A stretch of 64,000 nt of DNA from Gemmatimonadota bacterium (GTDB taxonomy: Bacteria > Gemmatimonadota > Gemmatimonadetes > Longimicrobiales > Gaopeijiaceae), in NCBI GenBank assembly GCA_034521595.1, contig JAXHMG010000002.1, positions 192,001 to 256,000 of the forward strand, given 5' to 3'. The position numbers were made by a program, and so were the translations under genes. Under the pieces are notes generated by a model that did not search any database, had not been told where the DNA came from, and saw only the letters and a list, made by a program, of their open reading frames with translations. Below, in pieces: positions 7,484 to 18,207 of this stretch; within the stretch, counting starts at the first letter, position 1, and each line of letters starts with the position of its first letter.

Positions 7484-8851
7484 ATGATGTCCGAACCCTC
7501 GCGATTCATCCGCGAGCGACTCGCTCGCTTCCGGTCCGAGCTCGACGATTTCCTGCGTATCCCCTCCGTGAGCGCGAAGGCGGAGCACGACCCGGACACG
7601 CGCCGCGCTGCGGAGTGGCTCCGAGATCGTCTCTCCGCTGCCGGACTCGAGGCCGAAGTCGTCGAGACGGACCGGCACCCCGTGGTCCTCGGCGAATGGA
7701 GGGGCGCCGGCCCGGACGCTCCGACCGTTCTCGTCTACGGCCACTACGACGTGCAGCCACCGGAGCCGCTCGACGAGTGGACGTCACCGCCGTTCGAGCC
7801 GACGGAGCAGGACGGGCGCATCTACGCACGGGGCTCGGCGGATGACAAGGGCCAGCTCTACATGCACGTCAAGGCGCTCGAGACGCTCCTCGCGACACGG
7901 GGCACGCTCCCGGTGAACGTCGTGGTGCTCGCGGAAGGGGAAGAAGAGATCGGCTCGCCGAGCCTCGTACCGTTCGTGGAGCGGCACATGGACCGACTCG
8001 CGTGCGACCTCGTGCTCATCTCCGACACCGGCATGTTCGCGGAAGGGCTCCCGTCTCTCCTGTTCTCGCTGCGTGGCCTCGCGTACTTCGAGCTCCACGT
8101 GCGCGCTGCGAGCTCCGACCTGCACTCGGGCGAGTATGGAGGAGCCGTGGCGAATCCCGGAAATGCTCTAGCCCGAATCATCGCGTCACTCCACGACGCG
8201 GACGGTCGCGTCGCCATCGAGGGCTTCTACGACGACGTCCTGGACTGGGACGAGGAAACACGCGCGGGCATCGCCGCTCTCCCCCACGACGACGAGGACT
8301 TTCGGCGGCACCTCGACGTCCCGGAGCTCACGGGCGAGCGAGGATACGGGACATTGGAGCGTCTCTGGATCCGCCCGACCTGTGACGTCCACGGTCTCCT
8401 GTGCGGCTACACGGGGGAGGGAGCGAAAACGGTCCTCCCGAACCGCGCGATGGCGAAGCTCAGCTTCCGGCTCGTCCCGGCCCAGAACGATCGCCGGGTC
8501 GGAGAGCTCCTGAGGGCGCACGTGCGCCGGGTCACGCCTCCGGGCGTCGAGGTCGAGGTCCGCGCCCTACACGGAGCCCGACCGTGGCGCGCGAACGTCG
8601 AGGGGCCCGCCTTCGAAGCGGCGGGCGAGGCGCTCGAGGAGGCATTCGGTACCCGACCGGTGGCGACGGGGGGCGGCGGATCGATTCCCATCGTGGTCGA
8701 GCTCGAGGAGCGGCTCGGTGCTCGCGCCCTGCTTGTCGGGTTTTCCCTTCCGGGATGCAACATTCACGCACCGAACGAGTGGCTCTCCGTCGAGAACTTC
8801 GAGCGCGGGATCGAAGCTCTGGTTCGGCTCTACGGGAAGCTGGGCCGCTAG
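7484..8851 (+). CDS. M20 family dipeptidase (DUG1/ArgE-like)
   Basis: YGHYDVQP, RGSADDKG, EGEEEIGS, DLHSG, GGSIP and IHAPNE metal-binding motifs. Confidence 0.93.
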   Translation: MMSEPSRFIRERLARFRSELDDFLRIPSVSAKAEHDPDTRRAAEWLRDRLSAAGLEAEVVETDRHPVVLGEWRGAGPDAPTVLVYGHYDVQPPEPLDEWTSPPFEPTEQDGRIYARGSADDKGQLYMHVKALETLLATRGTLPVNVVVLAEGEEEIGSPSLVPFVERHMDRLACDLVLISDTGMFAEGLPSLLFSLRGLAYFELHVRAASSDLHSGEYGGAVANPGNALARIIASLHDADGRVAIEGFYDDVLDWDEETRAGIAALPHDDEDFRRHLDVPELTGERGYGTLERLWIRPTCDVHGLLCGYTGEGAKTVLPNRAMAKLSFRLVPAQNDRRVGELLRAHVRRVTPPGVEVEVRALHGARPWRANVEGPAFEAAGEALEEAFGTRPVATGGGGSIPIVVELEERLGARALLVGFSLPGCNIHAPNEWLSVENFERGIEALVRLYGKLGR

Positions 8852-8864
8852 GGCTGCCGAGCGC

Positions 8865-10367
<1,503 letters not shown>

Positions 10368-10430
10368 GAGGCCGACGGATCCGAGGAGCGGCGGGATGAC
10401 TGATGGGAGCACGCACGCGTGAGCGCTGCA

Positions 10431-12422
10431 ATGTCCGAAGCCTCGGCGGGGGCGTCAACGGCGCTCCTCGCCGTCGACACCGGCGGGACGTTCACCGACC
10501 TGATCATGCGGGTCGGCGACGCGCTCCATACCCTGAAGGTGCCATCCACCCCGGCGGATCCGGCCGAAGCCGTGCTGGAGGGGATCCGCGAGCTCGCCGG
10601 AGAGGGCACGGATTTCGTGCTTCTCCACGGCTCGACCGTGGCCACCAACGCGCTGCTCGAACGGACAGGGGCGCGGGTGGCCCTCGTCACGAACCGGGGC
10701 TTCGAGGACGTCATCGAGATCGGGCGTCAGAACCGGCCACAGCTCTACGCGCTGGTCGGCCGACGCCTCCCACCCCTGGTCGCGCGCGACGATCGTCTGG
10801 GCATCACGGGACGGATCGGTCCGGACGGCACGGAGATCGAGGCCCCGGACCCGGAGGAGCTCGCCGCATTGGCCGACCGAGTGCAGGGGCGCGAAGCGGA
10901 GGCCGTCGCGGTTTCACTGCTCCATGCCTACGCGAGCCCGGAGCACGAGCGGAAGGTCGCCGCGGCCTTCGAGGAGCTTGGCTTGCCGGTTTCGATCTCG
11001 AGCGTCGTGCTTCCCGAGTTCCGGGAATACGAACGCACCGCCACCACCGTCGTGAATGCGTACGTGGCTCCCGTCATGGACCGTTACCTCGGACGTCTCG
11101 AAGCGGAATCGGGCGCGCGACGCACCACCGTCATGGCCTCCAACGGCGGCACCCTCCCCGTGTCCCGAGCACGCCACGAGCCCGTCCACACCGTGCTCTC
11201 CGGGCCGGCGGGCGGCGTGATGGGCGCGCTCGCCTGGGGCCGCCGCTCCGGCCACGAGCACATCCTGACATTCGACATGGGCGGCACGTCGACCGACGTG
11301 TCCCTCTGTCCGGCGCGCCCCCTTCGCACACGGGAGTTCGAGATCGCCGGGCAGCCGGTAGCGGTGCCGGTCATCGACATCCACACCGTCGGAGCGGGAG
11401 GCGGCTCCATCGCGAGGGTCGACGCCGGAGGCGCGCTCCGCGTGGGTCCGGAGAGCGCCGGCGCGGACCCCGGACCGATCTGTTACGGGCGCGGCGGTCA
11501 AGAAGTCACCGTGACCGACGCGCACGTCCGCCTGGGCACGCTTCCGGGCGACGGGTTCCTGGGCGGGTCCCGCGACCTGGATGCGCGCGCGGTCGAAGCT
11601 CCCCTCTCGGCGCTCGCCTCCGCCCTCGGCGCGTCTCCGGCGGAAGCCGCCGAGGGGATCCTGACCGTGGCCAACACCGCGATGGAGCGAGCGCTCCGCG
11701 TCATCTCGGTGGAGCGCGGCTATGACCCGATCGATTTCGCGATCGTGGCGTTCGGCGGAGCGGGCGGCCTGCACGTGGCGGAGCTCACGCGCCGCCTGGG
11801 CGCCGGTCGCGCGATCGTTCCCCCCGATCCCGGGTTGCTGTCGGCGTACGGCATGCTCGCGGCGCCCGTGACCCACGAGCGCTCCCGGACGGTGCTGATC
11901 CGCGAGGACGACCCGGACGCCGAGGTCGGGATCGAGTCCGCGCTGGAGGCGCTCGAGACCGAAGCCGCGTCCGCGATGGCGGCGGACGGCTTCGCGCCCG
12001 ACACACTCTCGGCCGAGCGCTGGATCGACGCGCGATACCACGGTCAGAGCTTCGAGCTCGCGGTTCCGTCCGAGGACTGGGCCGGACGCTTCCACCGAGC
12101 GCACGAGGAGCGCTACGGCTACCGCCGCGACGACGTTCCGGCCGAAGCCGTCACCGTCCGAGTAGTCGTCACCACCCCCCCGCCGGCGCTCGACCCTCCC
12201 GAGCTGGCACCGGCGACCGCACCACCCCCGACCTCCACCACGGAGGTGTATCACCGCGGCGACATGATTCCCGCGGCGCGGGTGCGTCGCGCCGACCTCG
12301 GGGCGGGACACCGCCTGGTCGGGCCCCTCGTCGTCCAGGAGTACAGCGGCACCACGTGGGTGCCTCCCGACTGGACCGTCGAGGTGGACCTTGGAGGATG
12401 CTTACATTTAACTCCCGCTTGA
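10431..12422 (+). CDS. Hydantoinase/5-oxoprolinase subunit A family protein
   Basis: DTGGTFTD, HGSTVATNALLE, REYERT, LSGPAGG, DMGGTSTD, GAGGGSIA, GPESAGADPGP, RYHGQSFEL. Confidence 0.92.
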   Translation: MSEASAGASTALLAVDTGGTFTDLIMRVGDALHTLKVPSTPADPAEAVLEGIRELAGEGTDFVLLHGSTVATNALLERTGARVALVTNRGFEDVIEIGRQNRPQLYALVGRRLPPLVARDDRLGITGRIGPDGTEIEAPDPEELAALADRVQGREAEAVAVSLLHAYASPEHERKVAAAFEELGLPVSISSVVLPEFREYERTATTVVNAYVAPVMDRYLGRLEAESGARRTTVMASNGGTLPVSRARHEPVHTVLSGPAGGVMGALAWGRRSGHEHILTFDMGGTSTDVSLCPARPLRTREFEIAGQPVAVPVIDIHTVGAGGGSIARVDAGGALRVGPESAGADPGPICYGRGGQEVTVTDAHVRLGTLPGDGFLGGSRDLDARAVEAPLSALASALGASPAEAAEGILTVANTAMERALRVISVERGYDPIDFAIVAFGGAGGLHVAELTRRLGAGRAIVPPDPGLLSAYGMLAAPVTHERSRTVLIREDDPDAEVGIESALEALETEAASAMAADGFAPDTLSAERWIDARYHGQSFELAVPSEDWAGRFHRAHEERYGYRRDDVPAEAVTVRVVVTTPPPALDPPELAPATAPPPTSTTEVYHRGDMIPAARVRRADLGAGHRLVGPLVVQEYSGTTWVPPDWTVEVDLGGCLHLTPA

Positions 12423-12480
12423 GCCCGCCACTCGGGTTATCTTTTCAACTTCTTCGCCACCTCCCGCAGCGACGTTCACG

Positions 12481-14796
12481 GTGACCGAACCGCGCATGGC
12501 CGCTTCAGAGACGACCCAAGCTCCACTCCCCTCCGCGCCGGAGCTCCGGCCGCCCTACGGCGCCGCGGCGCTCATCGCGGGGGCCGTATTCTTGCTGTAC
12601 ATCGTGACCCTCGCGCCCACGACGGCGTTCTGGGACACGAGCGAGTACATCGCGACCGGGCACATACTCGGGATTCCACACCCGCCCGGGAATCCTCTCT
12701 TCGTCGTGTTGGCGAAGGCGTGGTCCCTCCTGCTCGCACCGCTCGGGCTGGACGTGGCGGTGCGCATCAACCTCTTCAGCTCGTTCATGAGCGCGGCCAC
12801 GCACGGTCTCTGGTTCCTCGTGATCCACCACGTCCTGCGTTACTTCTCGGATGACCGCCGCTTCCGCATGATCGGCGCGACCACGGCGGTGCTCGTCAGC
12901 GCGACGGCGTTCACGGTATGGAGTCAGTCCAACGTGAACGAGAAGGTCTACACGGTCTCGCTCTTCACGATCGCGCTGCTCACGTGGCTCATCTTCCGCT
13001 GGCAGGAGAACCTGGGAAAGGGCAAGGACGACAACCTGCTCGTCTTGATGGTCTTCATCCTCGCGCTGAGCGTGGGCAACCACCTCATGGCGTTCCTGGC
13101 CGCTCCGGCGATCGGGATCTTCATTCTGGCGGTGCACCCGCGTACGCTCCTCAACTGGAAGCTCTATCCGTGGGCGGTCGCCGCGGTCCTCGCCGGGCTG
13201 AGCATCCACCTCTTTCTTCCCATCCGGTCGGCGCTCGGTCCCATCATCAACGAAGCCGCACCGACCTGTCCGGACATCGGCTCGGCCATCGGCGCCGTCG
13301 TCACCTACGGCAATGCAGGGTGCGAAGCGCTCTCGGAGGCCCTCAACCGGACCCAGTACGACAAGCCTCCGCTCATCCCGCGCCAGGCTCCCCTCTGGGA
13401 CCAGCTCGTCAACTACCTGCAGTACTTCGATTGGCAGTGGTCGCGCTCGCTGGACGGAGCGCAATCCGTTTTCGCGGGGGCCCGCATCCCGTTCACCATG
13501 CTCTTCACCGGGCTCGGCGTGTGGGGCGCGTACGAGCACCTGCGCCGCGATCGAGTCAGCTTTTATTACATGGGCGTGCTCTTCGTGACGCTTTCGTTCG
13601 GGCTCGTCTACTACCTCAACTTCAAGCACGGCTACTCGCTGGAAGCGCCCAGGCCCGACCGTAGCCTCCACGAGGTTCGCGAGCGGGACTACTTCTTCAT
13701 CGCGAGCTTCTCGGTCTGGGGACTCTGGGCCGGCATGGGCATCGTGACGCTCTGGCGGGAGGCGGCGTCCGAGTTCAAGACCACGATGGCCAAGGCGAGC
13801 CCCGTGCTCGCCCTCGCGCTCATTCCGCTGATGCTCAACTGGGGTTGGGCGGACCGCAGCTACGACTACTCCGCGCGAGACTGGGCCCACAACCTCCTCA
13901 TGAGCGTGGAACCGTACGGCGTCATCTTCACGAACGGGGACAACGACACCTTCCCGCTCTGGTACCTCCAAGAGGTGGAAGGCGTCCGGAGGGACGTCAC
14001 GGTCATCGTCACGTCCTACCTGAACACGGAGTGGTACACACTCCAACTCAAGGCGCTCACGCGTCCGTGCCCGGAGGGTGTCGACCCGTCGTCGGACTGG
14101 ACCGTCATCCAATGCCAGCGCCCCTACACGGCGGAGAACACCAACGCGGCATACGTGGCCGAGCCCGAAGCGTCGGGCGAGAAGACGCCGCTTCTGCTCG
14201 ACGAGCCGGTCTCTCCGCCGAGCGGCCCCGTGCTCTCCCTCAGCGACGAGCAGATCGGGCGGGTGGCCGCCTCGTACACGCCCATCGAGGAGACGCAGCA
14301 TCTGCAGCTCGGCGAGGTCGTGGCCAGGATCGAAGCGGGCTCCTACCTCGCGCCCTGGCAGCAATTCGCCCTCAACCTCGTCAACGAGTCGATCGGGGAA
14401 CGCCCCATCTATTTCGCTTCCAGCGGCAACGCCGCCGGCTCCCTGGGGCTTCAACCATACCTCGTACGGCACGGGCTGGCGTTCAAGCTGCACAACGGGG
14501 CACTCGAAGAAGCCGGCCAAGATGTCGTGGAGCTGGAGCAGTCGCCGTACACGTCAGTGACGGGCAACTGGGTGGACGTCCCGCGGACCCGGAAGTTGTT
14601 CGAGGACGTGTTCGTACACCGCTCGGGGATCCCCGACGAATGGTCTCACTGGCCCGATCTGGCCACGATCGGCATTCCGAACTACTACTCGTGGGGATAC
14701 CTGGCGTTGACCCAGGCAGCCGTGCAGGCCGAAGATTCGGACCTCGTCGACCACTATCGAGCGCGCGCCGAGGCCTGGGCCGAGCTGGGCAGCTGA
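12481..14796 (+). CDS. DUF2723 family (TMEM260-like, GT-C fold) membrane glycosyltransferase
   Basis: WDTSEY...GIPHPPGNPLF, RERDYFF and FTNGDNDTFPLWYLQEVEGVRRDV motifs; multiple TM segments. Confidence 0.88.
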   Translation: MTEPRMAASETTQAPLPSAPELRPPYGAAALIAGAVFLLYIVTLAPTTAFWDTSEYIATGHILGIPHPPGNPLFVVLAKAWSLLLAPLGLDVAVRINLFSSFMSAATHGLWFLVIHHVLRYFSDDRRFRMIGATTAVLVSATAFTVWSQSNVNEKVYTVSLFTIALLTWLIFRWQENLGKGKDDNLLVLMVFILALSVGNHLMAFLAAPAIGIFILAVHPRTLLNWKLYPWAVAAVLAGLSIHLFLPIRSALGPIINEAAPTCPDIGSAIGAVVTYGNAGCEALSEALNRTQYDKPPLIPRQAPLWDQLVNYLQYFDWQWSRSLDGAQSVFAGARIPFTMLFTGLGVWGAYEHLRRDRVSFYYMGVLFVTLSFGLVYYLNFKHGYSLEAPRPDRSLHEVRERDYFFIASFSVWGLWAGMGIVTLWREAASEFKTTMAKASPVLALALIPLMLNWGWADRSYDYSARDWAHNLLMSVEPYGVIFTNGDNDTFPLWYLQEVEGVRRDVTVIVTSYLNTEWYTLQLKALTRPCPEGVDPSSDWTVIQCQRPYTAENTNAAYVAEPEASGEKTPLLLDEPVSPPSGPVLSLSDEQIGRVAASYTPIEETQHLQLGEVVARIEAGSYLAPWQQFALNLVNESIGERPIYFASSGNAAGSLGLQPYLVRHGLAFKLHNGALEEAGQDVVELEQSPYTSVTGNWVDVPRTRKLFEDVFVHRSGIPDEWSHWPDLATIGIPNYYSWGYLALTQAAVQAEDSDLVDHYRARAEAWAELGS

Positions 14797-14847
14797 GCCG
14801 GCCGGCCCACTCCCCGTGACGCGCTCATTCCTCGGACCCCGACACTC

Positions 14848-15228
14848 ATGCGCACGATCTCGACCCCCGACGCACCCGAGCCCAAGGGGCACTACAGCCA
14901 GGCCATCGTGCATGGTGGCCTCGTTTACGTGGCAGGCCAGCTCGCGACCGACCCGAGTGACCCCGACGCGGACCCCGGTGATGCCGGTGAGCAGACCCGG
15001 CTCATCTTCCGGAACATCGAAGCGATCCTGGGCGCCGCGGGCTCCAGCCTGGATCGGCTGCTCCAGGTCACCATCTACGTCTCGGACATCGGGGCCTGGG
15101 CGACGGTGAACGACGCCTTCGCCGACGCGCTGGGCGACCACCGCCCCACTCGAGCCATCGTGCCGGTCGCGACCCTCCCACCGGGACGGGAGGTGGAAGT
15201 CGTCGCCATCGCCGCCGTGGACGAATAG
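14848..15228 (+). CDS. RidA/YjgF family enamine deaminase
   Basis: APEPKGHYSQA, YVAGQ, conserved Arg in RPTRA, and LP...VEV. Confidence 0.92.
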   Translation: MRTISTPDAPEPKGHYSQAIVHGGLVYVAGQLATDPSDPDADPGDAGEQTRLIFRNIEAILGAAGSSLDRLLQVTIYVSDIGAWATVNDAFADALGDHRPTRAIVPVATLPPGREVEVVAIAAVDE

Positions 15229-15274
15229 AGGAAACGGAGGCGTCGGCTCGGCCGCTCCGTGCTCGGCGTGGTGC

Positions 15275-15601
15275 TCAGCCTTTGCGCGGCAAGGTCATGT
15301 TGTCCAGGAAGCGCCGGTCCTTGCTCGAGAGCGCCTGGACGCCTTCCTCGTCGATACGGTGGAGGAGGCGCTCGACCTCCTCCCGGTTCAGCGGGTGCAA
15401 CCGCTCGACCTCGATAGCTCCCCACCGCTCGCGATCTTCCTGCTCCCGTACTGCCGGCGCCGCGTAGTGGGAGTTCGGCGCCTCCACTCGCCTCGCCTCC
15501 GCAATCCGCCGACGGCGCCGGGCCACGTACGCCCGGCGCAGCGCATATCCGCCCATCACCACGGCCATGGCCATGGCCAGGCCCATCATCCACACATCCA
15601 T
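15275..15601 (-). CDS. Small membrane-anchored protein with DUF6576-like C-terminus
   Basis: N-terminal TM segment. The C-terminal EEVERLLHRIDEEGVQALSSKDRRFLD resembles the VD.IL.KI...G...L...E...L tail of rhomboid-associated proteins. Start is uncertain. Confidence 0.6.
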   Translation of the reverse strand: MDVWMMGLAMAMAVVMGGYALRRAYVARRRRRIAEARRVEAPNSHYAAPAVREQEDRERWGAIEVERLHPLNREEVERLLHRIDEEGVQALSSKDRRFLDNMTLPRKG

Positions 15602-15735
15602 AAGCGCTTGCAACCGTGTACCTCGTCCTGCCCCGCTGCATTCGCGGGGACGCCGCCCTCAACATGATGCGACGGGGACGGCGGACGAAAGGTTGCGTGA
15701 CACGACCCGCGGGCGGGCCGGGAACGCAAGGACCC

Positions 15736-18207
15736 TCAGACGGTCGGACGGAGCTCGATCCACCCCGGGCCGGACGGGACCGGACGCACCACGGGTCCTC
15801 CGGGAACGCCGTCGGCTCTGGCTTCGAGGAGGTAATTGAACAGCTCGGGTCGGGCGTCCACGGCAGCGCCCCGGGTGATCAGGATCATCCTCGGGATCTC
15901 CTGCGTCAGCGCTTTCAGGAGCGACAACGTCCGGCTCCGGGTTTCGGAGTCCAAGCGGTCGAACGGCTCCTCGACGGGGAAGGAGGCCAGGACCCGGCCC
16001 GATCCCGCCGTCAGCGAAGCCGCCGCGAGACGCAACGCGAGTCGTGCAGCCGCGAGATCCTCCTCGGAAAGCGGATGGAGCACGCCCATGGTCCCCTGCA
16101 GGTGAGCTCGCCCACCGGATTCGGTCACGGCGAGGATCCGGCCTCCGGAGATGCGGCAGAGGAAGCGCGACGCTCGATCCAGGAGCTGATCCAGCGCACG
16201 TTGGAGTCGCGCGGCCCGCACCCGGCCGAGCGCCTCCACCACGGGCTTGTCGGGCCCTGCCAGCGCTCCCGCCAACTCCCCGTGCGAAGCCCCACCACCG
16301 CCCCGCTCCGCCAGCCGGTTGCGAAGGATCTCCACACGCTCCGATCCGGCCTCGATGGCCGCGTGGAGCCGCACGGCGCGGCCTTCGAGGTCCCGTAGGT
16401 GCTCGGGCTTCAGCTCGAGCTGCGCCCACCGACTCCGCCACCAGCTGCCGTCCTGCACCACCGCCTCCCATTCCTCCTTGAGCTCGGCGAGCACCGCTTC
16501 GTAGTGCGCGGCCAGCACACGGCCGCACGTCGGGCAAGGAGCGTCCGGACCGGCGGACTCCATCCTGCGAAGCCTCGCCCGCAGCTCCCGTGCCCGGTCG
16601 CGGTACGCCTGCAACGTGGTCTCGGCGTCCTGGCGCTCACGAAGCCAATCCATCGTGGCCGCTTCGAGGTCGCCGTCCACTTCCGCGGCGTCCGCCCGCA
16701 CCTGCTTGAGCTCCCGCTCGGCGGCATCCAGCTCTTCGGCGAGCGCCCGGCTCTCGGCCGAGCCGCTGGCCATCGCGTCCCCCCGATCGTCCGACGCCGG
16801 CCCCGGACGGTGGTCCGGATCGACCCCGGCCCGGTCCAGGGCAGCATCCAGGACGGTCAAACCCCTGCTGGCCGCGACCGCCTCGACGGCCAGCCTCAGC
16901 GCCGAATCGAGGGTTTCGGCCTCGATGCCCTGCCAGAGCCTGCCGAGCGGACTCGCGTCGCCGATCCGGCCACGGACGAACTCGGCCACGGCGCGACGGG
17001 TGCGTGAGCCCCCGCCGAACACCGCGGTGAGCCCTTCCGGAATGGACGTGCTGATCCGCCCGAGCCCCGGGACCGTTCCCTCGAGCACTTCCATGCGCCC
17101 CACCGGATGGGAGCCGAGGTCTTCCTCTTCGGGGAGCCACGCCGCAAGCCGATCGAGGGCCTCCGCCGAGCTCGAGCCTTCTCGCATCAGCTCCGCCTCC
17201 ACGGCGTCGCGGAGCCGTCGCACGGCCTCGGTCGGCAACCAGGCTTCCGCGGGCACGCGCGGCTCACGGCCGACTTCCACGGCGAGGTGGAGCGCCCGGT
17301 CCCGTAGCTCTTCGATCGGGGTCCCCTGGAGCGCGAGCAGGTCCGAGGGAACCGCGCCTTCGAGCCGTACCCGCACGATCTTGCCCTCGATGCCGCCCGG
17401 GACCTCGTCGGCGACCTCCCGCACCCGCCGCCGGACCCGGTCGGGGTCACCCGAGCCCACCTTGATGGGGGCGAGGGCCACGACCGGCCTCCCGCGAACC
17501 CGATGAAACGTCGCTTCCCCCCGTTCGACATCGACGGTCACGAACCCCTTTTCGTCCGCCGCTTCGTCCCACGGATCGAGGGCGACGCGCTCGAGCGAGC
17601 CGGCGTACCGCACTCCTCTCGTCACCTCCCGGGCTCGGTGCTCCCCCCCGAGCGCGACGTAGTCCCATTCGTCCGGTTCCACGTGCACGCCGCGCACCGG
17701 CCCTCCCGAAGCGGTGTGTGCATGCAGCACGAGGAGATTCCAACGGCGAGTCGGGTCGGGCTCCGGCACCACCGGTGGTTCCCGGACCGCCGCGCGATGG
17801 GGGACGAGACACGCATGCAGGTCGAGCCGGTCGATCAGGATGGACCGGGTGAGCCCGGTCGCGGCCTCCACGTTCGAGAACGTGTCCAACACGGCGAGGG
17901 CGCCCGGATCCCCCGAGCGGCGGGGGGTGTCTCTGGGCCCCGCCACCATCAGGACGGGAGCTCCGGACAGCGAGGAACGCAGCAGCTCGAGCCCCCGGGC
18001 GAGCGCGACCACGGCTCCGGCCGGCGGGTCCGGCCGGTCGAACACGTCCCCGGCCACGACCACCACGTCAGGCCCGATTCGTACGAGCTCCCCCACGGCA
18101 CGCTCGAACGCGGCCGATACGTCCCGCTCCCGGATGTTCATCTCGCTCTCGACGCGGCCGTACGCCCGAAATCCGAGATGGAGATCCGAGAGATGGGCGA
18201 CGATCAC
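15736..18207 (-). CDS. SbcD(Mre11)-SbcC(Rad50) fusion protein with degenerate catalytic motifs and intact zinc hook
   Basis: aa 1-360: metallophosphoesterase (SDLHLG, AGDVFD, YAGSLER, EKGF). aa ~370-823: Rad50-like, with coiled coils, CPTCG hook (aa 558-561) and C-terminal ABC lobe remnants LSEED..ALRLA, VEEPFDRLD, ILITR. Confidence 0.82.
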   Translation of the reverse strand: MIVAHLSDLHLGFRAYGRVESEMNIRERDVSAAFERAVGELVRIGPDVVVVAGDVFDRPDPPAGAVVALARGLELLRSSLSGAPVLMVAGPRDTPRRSGDPGALAVLDTFSNVEAATGLTRSILIDRLDLHACLVPHRAAVREPPVVPEPDPTRRWNLLVLHAHTASGGPVRGVHVEPDEWDYVALGGEHRAREVTRGVRYAGSLERVALDPWDEAADEKGFVTVDVERGEATFHRVRGRPVVALAPIKVGSGDPDRVRRRVREVADEVPGGIEGKIVRVRLEGAVPSDLLALQGTPIEELRDRALHLAVEVGREPRVPAEAWLPTEAVRRLRDAVEAELMREGSSSAEALDRLAAWLPEEEDLGSHPVGRMEVLEGTVPGLGRISTSIPEGLTAVFGGGSRTRRAVAEFVRGRIGDASPLGRLWQGIEAETLDSALRLAVEAVAASRGLTVLDAALDRAGVDPDHRPGPASDDRGDAMASGSAESRALAEELDAAERELKQVRADAAEVDGDLEAATMDWLRERQDAETTLQAYRDRARELRARLRRMESAGPDAPCPTCGRVLAAHYEAVLAELKEEWEAVVQDGSWWRSRWAQLELKPEHLRDLEGRAVRLHAAIEAGSERVEILRNRLAERGGGGASHGELAGALAGPDKPVVEALGRVRAARLQRALDQLLDRASRFLCRISGGRILAVTESGGRAHLQGTMGVLHPLSEEDLAAARLALRLAAASLTAGSGRVLASFPVEEPFDRLDSETRSRTLSLLKALTQEIPRMILITRGAAVDARPELFNYLLEARADGVPGGPVVRPVPSGPGWIELRPTV

